Assembly (NCBI GenBank): GCA_963816275.1
Contig: CAWFJU010000005.1
Coordinates: 221,900 to 285,899 of the forward strand
Length of the DNA stretch: 64,000 nucleotides
Origin: an uncultured Actinomycetes bacterium
GTDB taxonomy: Bacteria; Actinomycetota; UBA4738; HRBIN12
Direction: 5' to 3'
Positions 9,784-19,050 of the stretch are shown one piece after another. Below the pieces are notes generated by a model. That model saw only the letters and a program-made list of their open reading frames with translations. It did no database searches and was not told the origin of the DNA. Numbering within the stretch: position 1 is the stretch's first letter; each line of letters starts with the position of its first letter. A program made the translations under genes and the position numbers.

Positions 9784-9793
9784 GGGGGCGGCC

Positions 9794-10159
9794 ATGCTGT
9801 ACGCGATCCTGATCTACGGTGACGAGGCCTCCCTCGACACGACGCCCGACGGCATGAAGGCGATGTTCGATCTGTATCAGGACTACGAGCGATGGCTCGC
9901 CGATCGCGGGATCAAGCGTGGGGCCGAAGCCCTCTACCCGACCGACCAGGCCACGACGCTCCGGGTGCGCGACGGCGAGGTCATGACGATCGACGGCCCG
10001 TTCGCCGAGACCAAGGAGCAGCTGGGCGGCTTCTACCTGGTGGAGTGCGAGCACCTCGACGAGGCGCTGGAGGCAGCGCGTGCATGCCCGGGCAGCCGCC
10101 ACGGCTCGATCGAGGTTCGGCCCGTGGTCGACCTCGGCGCCTTCGAGGGGGGGCCGTAG
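9794..10159 (+). CDS. YciI/DGPF-domain protein (second copy).
   Basis: [15 protein letters not shown]...[34 protein letters not shown]. Ends AFEGGP then TAG directly after a 7-G run (10147-10153). Confidence 0.85.
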   Translation: MLYAILIYGDEASLDTTPDGMKAMFDLYQDYERWLADRGIKRGAEALYPTDQATTLRVRDGEVMTIDGPFAETKEQLGGFYLVECEHLDEALEAARACPGSRHGSIEVRPVVDLGAFEGGP

Positions 10160-11382
10160 GCACGCCGACCACCGCCGAGGTCGTCGACCGCGTCTTCCGG
10201 CGGGAGTCGGGGCGCGCGATCGCGGCCCTGATACGCGCGGTGGGCGACTTCGACCTCGCTGAGGAGGCCGTGCAGGAGGCCTTCACCGTGGCGATCGAAC
10301 GCTGGCCCCGGGACGGCGTCCCCGACAACCCCGGGGCGTGGATCACGACCACGGCGCGCAACCGGGCGATCGACCGGCTGCGCCGCGAGCGGGTCGGCGC
10401 CACGAAGGCGGACGACGCCGCCCGACTGCAGGAGCTCGGAGCGATGGTCAACGACGAGATGCACGAGATCCCCGACGAACGGCTCCGCCTGATCTTCACG
10501 TGCTGCCATCCGGCGCTCGCCGCCGACGCGCGTGTGGCGCTCACCCTGCGCACGGTGGGCGGCCTCTCCACGCGGGAGATCGCCCGGGCGTTCCTCACCC
10601 CCGAGCCCACGATCGCCCAGCGGCTCGTGCGGGCCAAGCGCAAGATCAAGCGGGCCGGCATCCCGTATCGCGTCCCTCCCAGGGAGCTCCTCGAGGAACG
10701 GCTGACCGGCGTGCTGGCCGTCCTCTACCTGATCTTCAACGAGGGCTACAGCGCCACAAGCGGCGAGTTGATCCGTGCCGACCTCTGCGAGGAGGCGATC
10801 TGGCTGACCCGCGTGGTCGACCGGCTGCTCCCGGGCCAGCCCGAGGTGCTCGGTCTGCTCAGCCTGATGCTCCTGCAGCACTCTCGCCGAGCGGCGCGGG
10901 TCGATCCGGCCGGTGACCTGGTGCTCATGGACGATCAGGACCGCTCCCGGTGGGACCACGACATGATCGACGACGGCCTCGAGGTGCTCGATCGAGCCGT
11001 GGAGCTGCGGTCGGCGGGGGCGTATCAGCTCCAGGCCGCGATCGCGGCGATCCACGCCCGGGCGCCACGCCCCGACGACACCGACTGGCCCGAGATCGCC
11101 AGCCTCTACACGGCGCTCGCAGCGCGGAACCCGTCGCCGGTCGTGGCGCTGAACCGGGCCGTCGCGATCGCGATGGCCGACGGCCCGAGGGCGGCCCTCC
11201 CGCTGGTCGACGAGCTGGCCGGCGAGCTCGACGGCTACCACCTGTTCCACGCGACGCGTGCCGACCTCCTGCGACGGCTCGGACGGGACGAGGACGCCGA
11301 CGTCGCCTACCGCCGCGCGCTCGAGCTCGCCACGAACCCAGCCGAGCGGCGCTTCCTGGAGGGGCGGCTCCAGGGTCGCTGA
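10084..11382 (+). CDS. ECF sigma factor of the ECF42/COG4941 type with a C-terminal TPR-like extension. Start unresolved.
   Basis: Sigma-2 region [57 protein letters not shown]; sigma-4 region [36 protein letters not shown]; long helical tail. There is no ATG, GTG or TTG between the YciI2 stop and region 2. The only in-frame ATG (10084) lies 76 nt inside YciI2. Confidence 0.8.
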   Translation: MPGQPPRLDRGSARGRPRRLRGGAVGTPTTAEVVDRVFRRESGRAIAALIRAVGDFDLAEEAVQEAFTVAIERWPRDGVPDNPGAWITTTARNRAIDRLRRERVGATKADDAARLQELGAMVNDEMHEIPDERLRLIFTCCHPALAADARVALTLRTVGGLSTREIARAFLTPEPTIAQRLVRAKRKIKRAGIPYRVPPRELLEERLTGVLAVLYLIFNEGYSATSGELIRADLCEEAIWLTRVVDRLLPGQPEVLGLLSLMLLQHSRRAARVDPAGDLVLMDDQDRSRWDHDMIDDGLEVLDRAVELRSAGAYQLQAAIAAIHARAPRPDDTDWPEIASLYTALAARNPSPVVALNRAVAIAMADGPRAALPLVDELAGELDGYHLFHATRADLLRRLGRDEDADVAYRRALELATNPAERRFLEGRLQGR

Positions 11383-11428
11383 CCCCGGGAGGGCGGTGTC
11401 CGAGGGGTTGCCTTAGAGTTACGCGGCG

Positions 11429-12856
11429 ATGCTCTTCCCCACCGTCGATTTCGCGATCTTCTTCTGCCTGGTCTTCCTGGGCCACTGGCTCCTGAACCCC
11501 CGGCCCGTGCCGTGGAAGCTCTTCATGATCGCTGCGAGCTACGTCTTCTATGCCTGGTGGGACGTCCACTTCGTGTGGCTCCTCGCGGGGGTCTCCGCGA
11601 TCGCGCAGGTCGCCGCGATCGTCGTGGCGCGCCAGCAGGTCGAACGCAGGCGCCGATGGGCCATGGGGATGGGGGTGGCCGCCACGCTCGCGCCGCTCGC
11701 CTATTTCAAGTACTACGGCTTCTTCTCGCTGAACCTCACGCGCGCGATCGAGTCGGCGGGGATCCACGCCGGCCTGCCCCTCGTGAACCTGATCCTGCCC
11801 GTCGGACTCTCGTTCTTCTCGTTCATGGCCGTGAGCTACGTCGTCGACATCTACCGTCGCCAGTTCGAGGTGGCGAGCTGGATCGACACGTTCCTGTACC
11901 TCTCGTTCTTCCCGCACCTGGTCGCGGGCCCGATCGTGCGGCCCGACGAACTGATCCCCCAGCTCGACGTCCGGCGTGATCCGCGGCACATCGACGTGGC
12001 GGGCGCCGGGTACCTGATCTTCGGTGGCCTCTTCAAGAAGGTGGTCGTGTCGAGCTTCCTCGCGACCACGATCGTCGACCCCGTCTTCGCCGACCCGTCG
12101 AGGGTGAGCGCGATCGAGGCGATCGTCGGGGTCTGGGCCTACGCGATCGTGATCTACAGCGACTTCAGCGGGTACACCGACATCGCGATCGGCGTCGCGA
12201 AGCTCCTCGGGTTCCAGTTCCCCGTGAACTTCGACCGCCCGTACAGCGCCCGGTCGTTGCAGGACTTCTGGCGACGCTGGCACATCACCCTGTCCCGGTG
12301 GCTCCGCGACTACCTCTACATCCCGCTCGGCGGATCGAAGAAGGGCGAGGTCCGCACCTACGTGAACATCATGATCACGATGGTGCTCGGCGGGCTGTGG
12401 CACGGCGCCGCCTGGCCGATGATCATCTGGGGCACGTACCACGGGATCGGGCAATGCCTCGGCGCCTGGCGGCGGGGCCGGGCGAACGCCGCAGGGACCA
12501 AGAGGGTCGAGACGCCCGCCCGGATCTGGCTCCAGCGGGTGATCACCTTCAACCTCGTGTGCATCGGCTGGGTGTTCTTCCGCGCGGACACGGTCTCGAC
12601 CGCGCTGGCCCTGCTCAAGCAGATGATCACCGGATGGGGCACCGCCGGCACCGGGCTCGTGAGCCCGATGGTGCTCGCCGTGATCGCGTCGATGCTGGCG
12701 CTGCAGTTCGCGCCGCACCGATCGGCCGAGCTCCTGCAGGACCGGCTCTCGGCCCTCCGTCCCTGGGTCATGGGGGTGGGGTTCGCGACGGCCCTGTTCG
12801 TGATCGCCACGCTCGGGCCCCAGGGCGTGGCGCCGTTCATCTACTTCCAGTTCTGA
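11429..12856 (+). CDS. MBOAT-family membrane O-acyltransferase (AlgI/DltB/PatA-like).
   Basis: 475-aa polytopic ORF with FWRRWHITLSRWLRDYLYIPLGGS and the MBOAT histidine region GGLWHGAAW. Confidence 0.9.
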   Translation: MLFPTVDFAIFFCLVFLGHWLLNPRPVPWKLFMIAASYVFYAWWDVHFVWLLAGVSAIAQVAAIVVARQQVERRRRWAMGMGVAATLAPLAYFKYYGFFSLNLTRAIESAGIHAGLPLVNLILPVGLSFFSFMAVSYVVDIYRRQFEVASWIDTFLYLSFFPHLVAGPIVRPDELIPQLDVRRDPRHIDVAGAGYLIFGGLFKKVVVSSFLATTIVDPVFADPSRVSAIEAIVGVWAYAIVIYSDFSGYTDIAIGVAKLLGFQFPVNFDRPYSARSLQDFWRRWHITLSRWLRDYLYIPLGGSKKGEVRTYVNIMITMVLGGLWHGAAWPMIIWGTYHGIGQCLGAWRRGRANAAGTKRVETPARIWLQRVITFNLVCIGWVFFRADTVSTALALLKQMITGWGTAGTGLVSPMVLAVIASMLALQFAPHRSAELLQDRLSALRPWVMGVGFATALFVIATLGPQGVAPFIYFQF

Positions 12857-12860
12857 TGGC

Positions 12861-13913
12861 GTGCGAGGCCCCCCGATGATGCCCGAGATGCCCCACGACG
12901 GACGACGAGGACCTCGGCGGCACACGCTGCCCGCCGGTCGGGTCCTCGTCGTGATGCTCGTGTGCCTCCTGACCTGGACCGTGCTCTACGCGCCGGCGCT
13001 GGAGCGTGCCTCCGAGGCCCAGCCGCTCGGCACCCGGCGCACGGTCTCGCTCTGGGTGCTGCGACCCCTCGCGAGCATCAGCGACGCGCTGCAGCTGACG
13101 AAGATCACGGACGCGGCGGCGCGCGCGCTCGGGCGCGACCCGGAGGCGGCTCCGGGAGGCGAGGGTCCCGACGACCTGCCCACGCTCGGCCCCGACGTCT
13201 CGGTCTCGCCCGCCCCCGAAGGCCCCGTGACCAGAACGTCGAAGATGCGCCGGCCCACCCCCGACAACGAGCTGCGGGTCGTGGTGGTGGGCGACTCGCT
13301 GGCCGCGGGGCTGGGCGTCTATCTCGAGCGGGAGTTCCGCCCGTCCCTCAGCCGCGTGTCGAAGCAGGGACGTATCTCGACGGGACTGGCTCGGCTGGAC
13401 TACTTCGACTGGCTCTCGACGATGGAGCTGATCGAGCACGACTTCCGGCCCGACCTCGTGGTCGTGATGATCGGCGACAACGACAACCAGGGGCTCATGA
13501 CGCCGAGCGGGCGGCTCGAGACCCCAATCGGGACCTACGAGTGGCCACAGGGCTACGGAGACCGGGTCGACCGGCTCACCCGGATCGCGGTCGACGGAGG
13601 GTCGCACGTGGTCTGGGTCGGCCTGCCCATCGTCGACACGAAGGACCGCTGGCCGGTGATGCGCCGCCAGAACGAGATCTTCGAGCAGGTGATCGGCAGG
13701 ACGCCCAACGCGGTGTACGTGGACACGTGGGACCGCTTCGCGACCGCCGATGGCGCGTACACGCCGTTCTACTGGCACGACGGTCAGCCCGAGCTGATCC
13801 GCGCGGCCGACGGCCTGCACTTCAACCCGCGCGGCTACGAGCTGATCGCCCAGGCCGTGGCACAGGCCGCCGTGGGCGAGTTCCACCTCACGCCGCGCGC
13901 GCTCAACGGCTGA
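12861..13913 (+). CDS. Membrane-anchored SGNH/GDSL-family hydrolase or acyltransferase (DUF459-like).
   Basis: N-terminal TM segment, then block I VVVVGDSLAAGLG, block III MIGDNDNQ and block V DGLHFNPRGYE. Starts 4 nt after the MBOAT stop (GTG 12861; alternative ATG 12876). Confidence 0.8.
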   Translation: MRGPPMMPEMPHDGRRGPRRHTLPAGRVLVVMLVCLLTWTVLYAPALERASEAQPLGTRRTVSLWVLRPLASISDALQLTKITDAAARALGRDPEAAPGGEGPDDLPTLGPDVSVSPAPEGPVTRTSKMRRPTPDNELRVVVVGDSLAAGLGVYLEREFRPSLSRVSKQGRISTGLARLDYFDWLSTMELIEHDFRPDLVVVMIGDNDNQGLMTPSGRLETPIGTYEWPQGYGDRVDRLTRIAVDGGSHVVWVGLPIVDTKDRWPVMRRQNEIFEQVIGRTPNAVYVDTWDRFATADGAYTPFYWHDGQPELIRAADGLHFNPRGYELIAQAVAQAAVGEFHLTPRALNG

Positions 13914-13943
13914 CGAGGCCGCCGAGCGCGGGTCCCGTGGCGG

Positions 13944-15326
13944 TCAGATCTGGATCGACACCTCGGGGAGCTTCGCGAGCGCGGCATCCTCGTCGGCCGG
14001 GTCGAACTCGAAGTCGGGCAGGCGTCCGTGGTTGAAATCGTCGTACGCCTGCATGTCGAAGTGCCCGTGGCCGCAGAGGTTGAACAGGATCACCCGCTCC
14101 TCGCCGGCCTCGCGCGCCGCGACCGCCTCGTCGATCGCTCCCTTGATCGCGTGGCTCGGCTCGGGCGCGGGCAGGATCCCCTGAGTCGTCGCGAAGAGCT
14201 TCGCCGCCTCGAAGATCTGGTTCTGCGTGTACGCCCTCGCCTCCATGTGTCCCTCGCGCACGAGCATCGAGAGCGACGGCGCGTCGCCGTGGTACCGCAG
14301 ACCCCCCGCGTGCACGGGTGCCGGTACGAAGTCGTGCCCCAGTGTGTACATCGGAACGATCGGCGCGATCTGGGCCGTGTCGCCGTAGTCGTAGGCGAAC
14401 CGTCCCTTCGTGAGCGTCGGGCAGGCCGCCGGCTCGGTGGCGAGGAACCGTGCCGTGGACGTCCCACGCAGCTTCTCCGCCATGAAGGGGTACGCGATGC
14501 CCGCGAAGTTCGAACCGCCGCCCACGCAGCCCACGATCACGTCAGGCTCCTCGCCCGCGAGCGCCATCTGCTTCTGAGCCTCGAGCCCGATGATCGACTG
14601 ATGCAGCAGCACGTGGCCGAGCACGCTGCCGAGCGCGTAGTTCGTGTCCTCGTGGGTCGCGGCGTCCTCGACCGCCTCGCTGATCGCGATCCCGAGCGAG
14701 CCGGTGGAGTCCGGGTGCTCGGCGAGGATCGAGCGTCCGCTGTTCGTCTTGTCGCTCGGTGAGGCCACGACGCTCGCCCCGAAGGTCTCCATGAAGATCC
14801 GCCGATAGGGCTTCTGGTCGAACGACGCCCGCACCATGTAGACGTCGCACTCGAGCCCGAATACGTTGCAGGCCATCGCCATCGCGGAGCCCCACTGTCC
14901 GGCGCCGGTCTCGGTCGCGATCCGTCGGATCCCGGCTTCCTTGTTGAAGTAGGCCTGCGGCACCGCGGTGTTCGGCTTGTGCGAGCCCGCCGGCGACACC
15001 CCTTCGTACTTGAAGTAGATCCGCGCGGGCGTCTGGAGCGCGCGTTCGAGCCGCGTCGCGCGGTACAGCGGCGAGGGACGCCACAGCCGGTACACGTCGA
15101 GCACCGGTCCGGGGATGTCGATCCACGGCTCCGTCGAGACCTCTTGCATGATCAGCGCTTCCGGGAACAGCGGCGCGAGGTCCGCCGGTCCGATCGGCTC
15201 CTTGGTCTGTGGGCTGAGCGGGGGAAGGGGCGCCATGCCCGCCTGAACCATGTCCGGGATCAGGTTGAACCAGGCCGTGGGCATCTCGTCGGGCTGCAGG
15301 TCGAAACGGGTTCGGGCGTCGGTCAT
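13944..15326 (-). CDS. trpB2: TrpB-like PLP enzyme (tryptophan synthase beta chain 2 type).
   Basis: [64 protein letters not shown] 15326 has AGGAGG 9 nt upstream. No trpA or other trp genes are nearby. Confidence 0.85.
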   Translation of the reverse strand: MTDARTRFDLQPDEMPTAWFNLIPDMVQAGMAPLPPLSPQTKEPIGPADLAPLFPEALIMQEVSTEPWIDIPGPVLDVYRLWRPSPLYRATRLERALQTPARIYFKYEGVSPAGSHKPNTAVPQAYFNKEAGIRRIATETGAGQWGSAMAMACNVFGLECDVYMVRASFDQKPYRRIFMETFGASVVASPSDKTNSGRSILAEHPDSTGSLGIAISEAVEDAATHEDTNYALGSVLGHVLLHQSIIGLEAQKQMALAGEEPDVIVGCVGGGSNFAGIAYPFMAEKLRGTSTARFLATEPAACPTLTKGRFAYDYGDTAQIAPIVPMYTLGHDFVPAPVHAGGLRYHGDAPSLSMLVREGHMEARAYTQNQIFEAAKLFATTQGILPAPEPSHAIKGAIDEAVAAREAGEERVILFNLCGHGHFDMQAYDDFNHGRLPDFEFDPADEDAALAKLPEVSIQI

Positions 15327-15403
15327 CGGCCACAACCTCCTGGAGACGGCGAAGGGCGCGAGCCTACCGCCGAGGCTTCCGTGTGGCTAGGCGCCGAGGC
15401 GAT

Positions 15404-16387
15404 TCACGCGTCCGTCGGGCGCTCGCCCCACGACGGCGTCCGGTCGGCGCCGTCATCGTTCGTGACCTGCTCGACCTCGCCGTCCTCGACGCCGACGACG
15501 TAGATGTCGAAGTCGCCGTCGCGATCGCTCGCGAAGGCGACGCGCGCGCCGTCCAGCGACCACGTGGGGTCGACGTCGTCCCCGGTGCCGGTCGTGATCT
15601 GGCGGGCTCCGGACCCGTCGGCCTTCACGATCCAGAGGTGGAAGGAGCAATCCTCGTCCGCGATCTCGCATCCGTCCTTCGAGGCGCTCGAGAACGCGAT
15701 CCAGCGGCCATCGGGCGACCACACCGGATCGACGTCGGCGAACGGACCCGCGTACAGGACCTGCCCGTGGGTGCCGTCGGCGTCCATCACGTAGAGGTCG
15801 CTGTTGCCGCCGCGGTCGGAGGCGAACACGACGCGGCGCCCATCGGGTGACCAGGACGGGTGCGCGTCGATCGCCGCGTCGTCGGTCAGCCGGTGCGCGG
15901 CGCTCCCATCGTCCCGCGACACCCAGATGTCCTGCTGGCCCTTATGGATCCCCTCGAAGGCGATCATCCGGCCATCGGGCGACCACGTGGGCGCGCACCC
16001 GTCGACGTCCTTGGGGATCGCGCGGTCGACCCGCCTCCGACCGTACGGATCGACGACGTAGACCGCGGCTCGGCTCGAGCCGCACCCGATGTCGAACGCC
16101 ATGATCTTGCCTCCGGGGGCCCAGGCCGGACTCCCCTGGGCCCGGCCGGGCGCGAAGAGCGGGGTCCCCCCCGAGGCGTCGCGGTTCAAGAGGTAGACGC
16201 GCGGGCCTCCACCGAAATCGCGCGCGAACGCGACGGCGCCCTCACGGATCGCGGTGATCCTGACCGGGAGCGGCGACGCGGCCGTGCCGCCCACCTGACC
16301 TCCACCACCGCAGCTGGACATCGCGATCGCGCCCACGGCGACCGCCGCGAGCGAGCGTCTGACCGGAGAAGCGATGCGCGCGCCCAT
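15404..16387 (-). CDS. TolB-like beta-propeller lipoprotein (PD40/WD40-like repeats).
   Basis: MGARIASPVRRSLAAVAVGAIAMSSCGG lipobox, followed by repeated WSPDG(R) units (TWSPDGRMIAF, SWSPDGRRVVFASDR, VWSPDGRWIAF, TWSLDGARVAFASDR). Confidence 0.8.
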   Translation of the reverse strand: MGARIASPVRRSLAAVAVGAIAMSSCGGGGQVGGTAASPLPVRITAIREGAVAFARDFGGGPRVYLLNRDASGGTPLFAPGRAQGSPAWAPGGKIMAFDIGCGSSRAAVYVVDPYGRRRVDRAIPKDVDGCAPTWSPDGRMIAFEGIHKGQQDIWVSRDDGSAAHRLTDDAAIDAHPSWSPDGRRVVFASDRGGNSDLYVMDADGTHGQVLYAGPFADVDPVWSPDGRWIAFSSASKDGCEIADEDCSFHLWIVKADGSGARQITTGTGDDVDPTWSLDGARVAFASDRDGDFDIYVVGVEDGEVEQVTNDDGADRTPSWGERPTDA

Positions 16388-16427
16388 GCCCTCAGGGCAT
16401 CGGCACGTCGGTGGGGTCCCTGGAGGG

Positions 16428-16757
16428 TTACTCGGTGCCGGGCTCGTCGGCGACCTCGACCCAGCCCTCGATCTCGCGCGTGCGGAAGACGGGTACGGGG
16501 TCCTCGGCCGGACCTTCAACGGGTTCGCCCGTCTCCACGTCGAAGACGCTCCCGTGGCACGCGCATTCGACCGTCACCGCCCGATCGTCGAACGTGCCGG
16601 TCTCGGACAGGGAGCACCCCATGTGGGTGCACTCGTCGCCGAACGCGTAGAGCCGCTGTTCGACGTGCGCGACGGCCACCCGGCCCGCCGTCGTGTCGAA
16701 CGCCCGCATCTCGCCCTCGGGGATCTCCGCCGTCGCACCGACCCGCGTGTACTCCAT
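16428..16757 (-). CDS. Small Rieske [2Fe-2S] domain protein.
   Basis: 109 aa with CTHMGCSL...CACHGSVF (CxH...CxxH). Confidence 0.85.
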   Translation of the reverse strand: MEYTRVGATAEIPEGEMRAFDTTAGRVAVAHVEQRLYAFGDECTHMGCSLSETGTFDDRAVTVECACHGSVFDVETGEPVEGPAEDPVPVFRTREIEGWVEVADEPGTE

Positions 16758-16801
16758 ACCGCCCACTCCTTCCCGTGATCCGACGGGGAGCCTAACCGTC
16801 C

Positions 16802-17455
16802 TCACGCCCGCGTGAGCGCGGCGAAGCTCCGTTGGAGCACCGTGACGCCGCCGAGCACCGCCAACGCCACGAGCACGATCGGCATCATGCCCGGGATCAG
16901 CAGGCCGACCATCAACGCGAGGAACCGCTCGAGCCGCTGGAAGAAGCCCTCCGTGAGCTGCAGGCCCACGGCCTCGGCCTCCGCGCGGATGTGGCTCACC
17001 GAGAGGCTGAGCACGAGCCCGACCAGGGCGAGCACGGCCTGGAGCGTCTCGCCGCGCGCGGCCAGCACCCAGAACAGGGACGAGAACAGGATCATGTCCG
17101 ATACCCGGTCGAGCACGGAATCGAGGAACGCCCCCGAGCGTCCGGCGATCCCGCGGTGACGGGCCACGGAGCCGTCGAAGACGTCGGCGAGACCGGCCCC
17201 CAGCAGCAGGAAGCCGGCTACGAGCCAGTTCCCCTCGATGATCTGCCAGCCGCACAGCACGTTCAGGACGAGCGAGAGAAGCGTGAGCTGCCACGGCCAG
17301 ACGCCCGTCCAGATCAGGAACGCGAGGATCGCCCGGTACGGCCACGCGAAGATCCGTTGCATCGCTCCGCCGGCGGCGCTCTCGTTCTTGCGTGGCGCCG
17401 GCAGGTCCCGCACGCGCGGAGCCTCGCGATCGGCGTGACCGGAAGAGCCCGTCAC
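16802..17455 (-). CDS. CDP-alcohol phosphatidyltransferase family protein.
   Basis: Signature ADVFDGSVARHRGIAGRSGAFLDSVLDRVSD (DxxDGxxAR...G...D...D) in a multi-TM ORF. The start could also be the internal MQRIF. Confidence 0.8.
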   Translation of the reverse strand: MTGSSGHADREAPRVRDLPAPRKNESAAGGAMQRIFAWPYRAILAFLIWTGVWPWQLTLLSLVLNVLCGWQIIEGNWLVAGFLLLGAGLADVFDGSVARHRGIAGRSGAFLDSVLDRVSDMILFSSLFWVLAARGETLQAVLALVGLVLSLSVSHIRAEAEAVGLQLTEGFFQRLERFLALMVGLLIPGMMPIVLVALAVLGGVTVLQRSFAALTRA

Positions 17456-17470
17456 GGGTGCATCACGGTC

Positions 17471-18010
17471 CTATCCGGTGTGCGGCTCGAACGAGACCAC
17501 CTCGTACCGGAAGCTCCCGCCGGGAGCCTCGTAGACCACCTCGTGCCCCACGGCCGCGCCGAGCAGCGCCGTCCCGAGCGGCGAGGTCGTCGTCACCGTG
17601 CGGGCGCCGGGCGCCTTCTCCTCGGCGTGTTCGGCCAGCAGGTAGGTCTCGTCCTCGGGGTCGTTCTCGTCGAGGGGCCGGATCGTGACGAGCATCCCGG
17701 GTCCGACCTCGTCGGCATGGGCGGGCGCCTCGACGATCTCGGGATCGCGGAGCATCTGCTGGAGCTTGCGGATCTTGGACTCCATCAGCCCCTGCTCGTC
17801 CTTCGCGGCATGGTACTCGGCGTTCTCCTTGAGGTCGCCGTGCTCGCGCGCGATCTTGATCTTCTCGGTGATCTGCTCACGCCCGGTGGTCGTGAGCTCC
17901 TCGAGCTCGGCCTTGATGCGGCGGTAGGCATCGAGCGTGAGCGTCGCGGTGGGCTCCTGTCCGGGCTTGCGCTGGGGTCGGTTCTGGAGCTCTTCGGGGA
18001 GGTCAGCCAT
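17471..18010 (-). CDS. greA: Transcription elongation factor GreA.
   Basis: LTLDAYRRIKAELEELTTTGREQITEKIKIAREHGDLKENAEYHAAKDEQG, then the C-terminal FKBP-like part SPLGTALLGAAVGHEV. Confidence 0.9.
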   Translation of the reverse strand: MADLPEELQNRPQRKPGQEPTATLTLDAYRRIKAELEELTTTGREQITEKIKIAREHGDLKENAEYHAAKDEQGLMESKIRKLQQMLRDPEIVEAPAHADEVGPGMLVTIRPLDENDPEDETYLLAEHAEEKAPGARTVTTTSPLGTALLGAAVGHEVVYEAPGGSFRYEVVSFEPHTG

Positions 18011-18039
18011 GGGTCGCAGTGTACCGAGGGGGTGCCCGT

Positions 18040-19046
18040 CTACCCGAGGGCCGCCTTCAGGAACGTCGCAGCTCGCAGGGTCACCCACTTGCTCGGCCCT
18101 CCTCGGGGATCGACGTCGACCCAGGTCTTGCCGTGGTACGCGTACTCGTTCCGCCAGGCTCCACCGGGGAGCTGCTTGCCCAGCAGCAGGTCGACGAGAC
18201 CCTCGAGACGCGGGTCCGTCGCGAGGCCGAGCTCCGCGAGCGTCTCGCCGATCTGCAGCACGTCGGCGACGTATCCGGATGGGAACCCGAGCCTGAACCA
18301 CGACGAGCTGATCCTCGTGTCGGTCGGGTACGCAGCCGTCGACGGATCGACGCTCAGCAGGAAGTCGGTGCCCTGCTGGATCGCGGCACGAACCGACCAG
18401 GTCCTGCGGCGAGGAGGGATCGACGAGAGGGCGCGCATCGCCTTGACGCCGCCCCATCCGCACGGCAGTCCGCCGTTCACGCCGCAGGCGAACCCGGGAC
18501 CGCTCGTGGCCGACGCGTAGAAGCGGTCGTGCCCGTCGCCCGTGATCGCGCTCGCCTCCCAGGCGACGGCACTCCGCACGCGCGCGTCATCGAGCCAGCC
18601 GAAGGAGATCAGCGACCGCAGGAGGTTCCCGTTCAGGCAGTGGAGGACGGCCGATGGCGGGGGGCGTTCCGACAGTGCGCCCGAGGCGCCGAACCCACCC
18701 GACGAGGCCTGCGTGTGGTCGAGCACGTACCGGCACGCGGCCCGGATCCGATGGTCCGTGCCGTCCGCGCCGAACTGCTCAAGGAAGATCAGCGACCACA
18801 CCGTGCCCGTGTACTTCCGACCGTACCCGGCGCCCGGCTTGTCCCAGAACCCTCGGGGTCCTGCGCGGCGAGGGTGCCGGCGATCGGGTCGGCGCGCATC
18901 GCCGCCCGCCGCGCGCGACGCACCTCGCCCGCGTCCTTCGGCTCGTCGCAGAGCCGGACGAGCGCGAGATGACGGACCGCCGGATCCTCGCGCTCGAGCA
19001 ACCACGGGAGTGGATCGGCCTTCAGCGCGGCCCGCCAGGCCTCCAA
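18040..19046 (-). pseudogene. Prenyltransferase/squalene-oxidase-repeat (alpha/alpha-toroid) protein with one frameshift.
   Basis: MEAWRAALKADPLPWLLEREDPAVRHLAL... (ORF 18789-19046) continues as GFWDKPGAGYGRKYTGTVWSLIFLEQFG... (ORF 18040-19005). Adding one C to the CCC run at 18850-18852 joins them. Confidence 0.6.
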
Positions 19047-19050
19047 GGCG

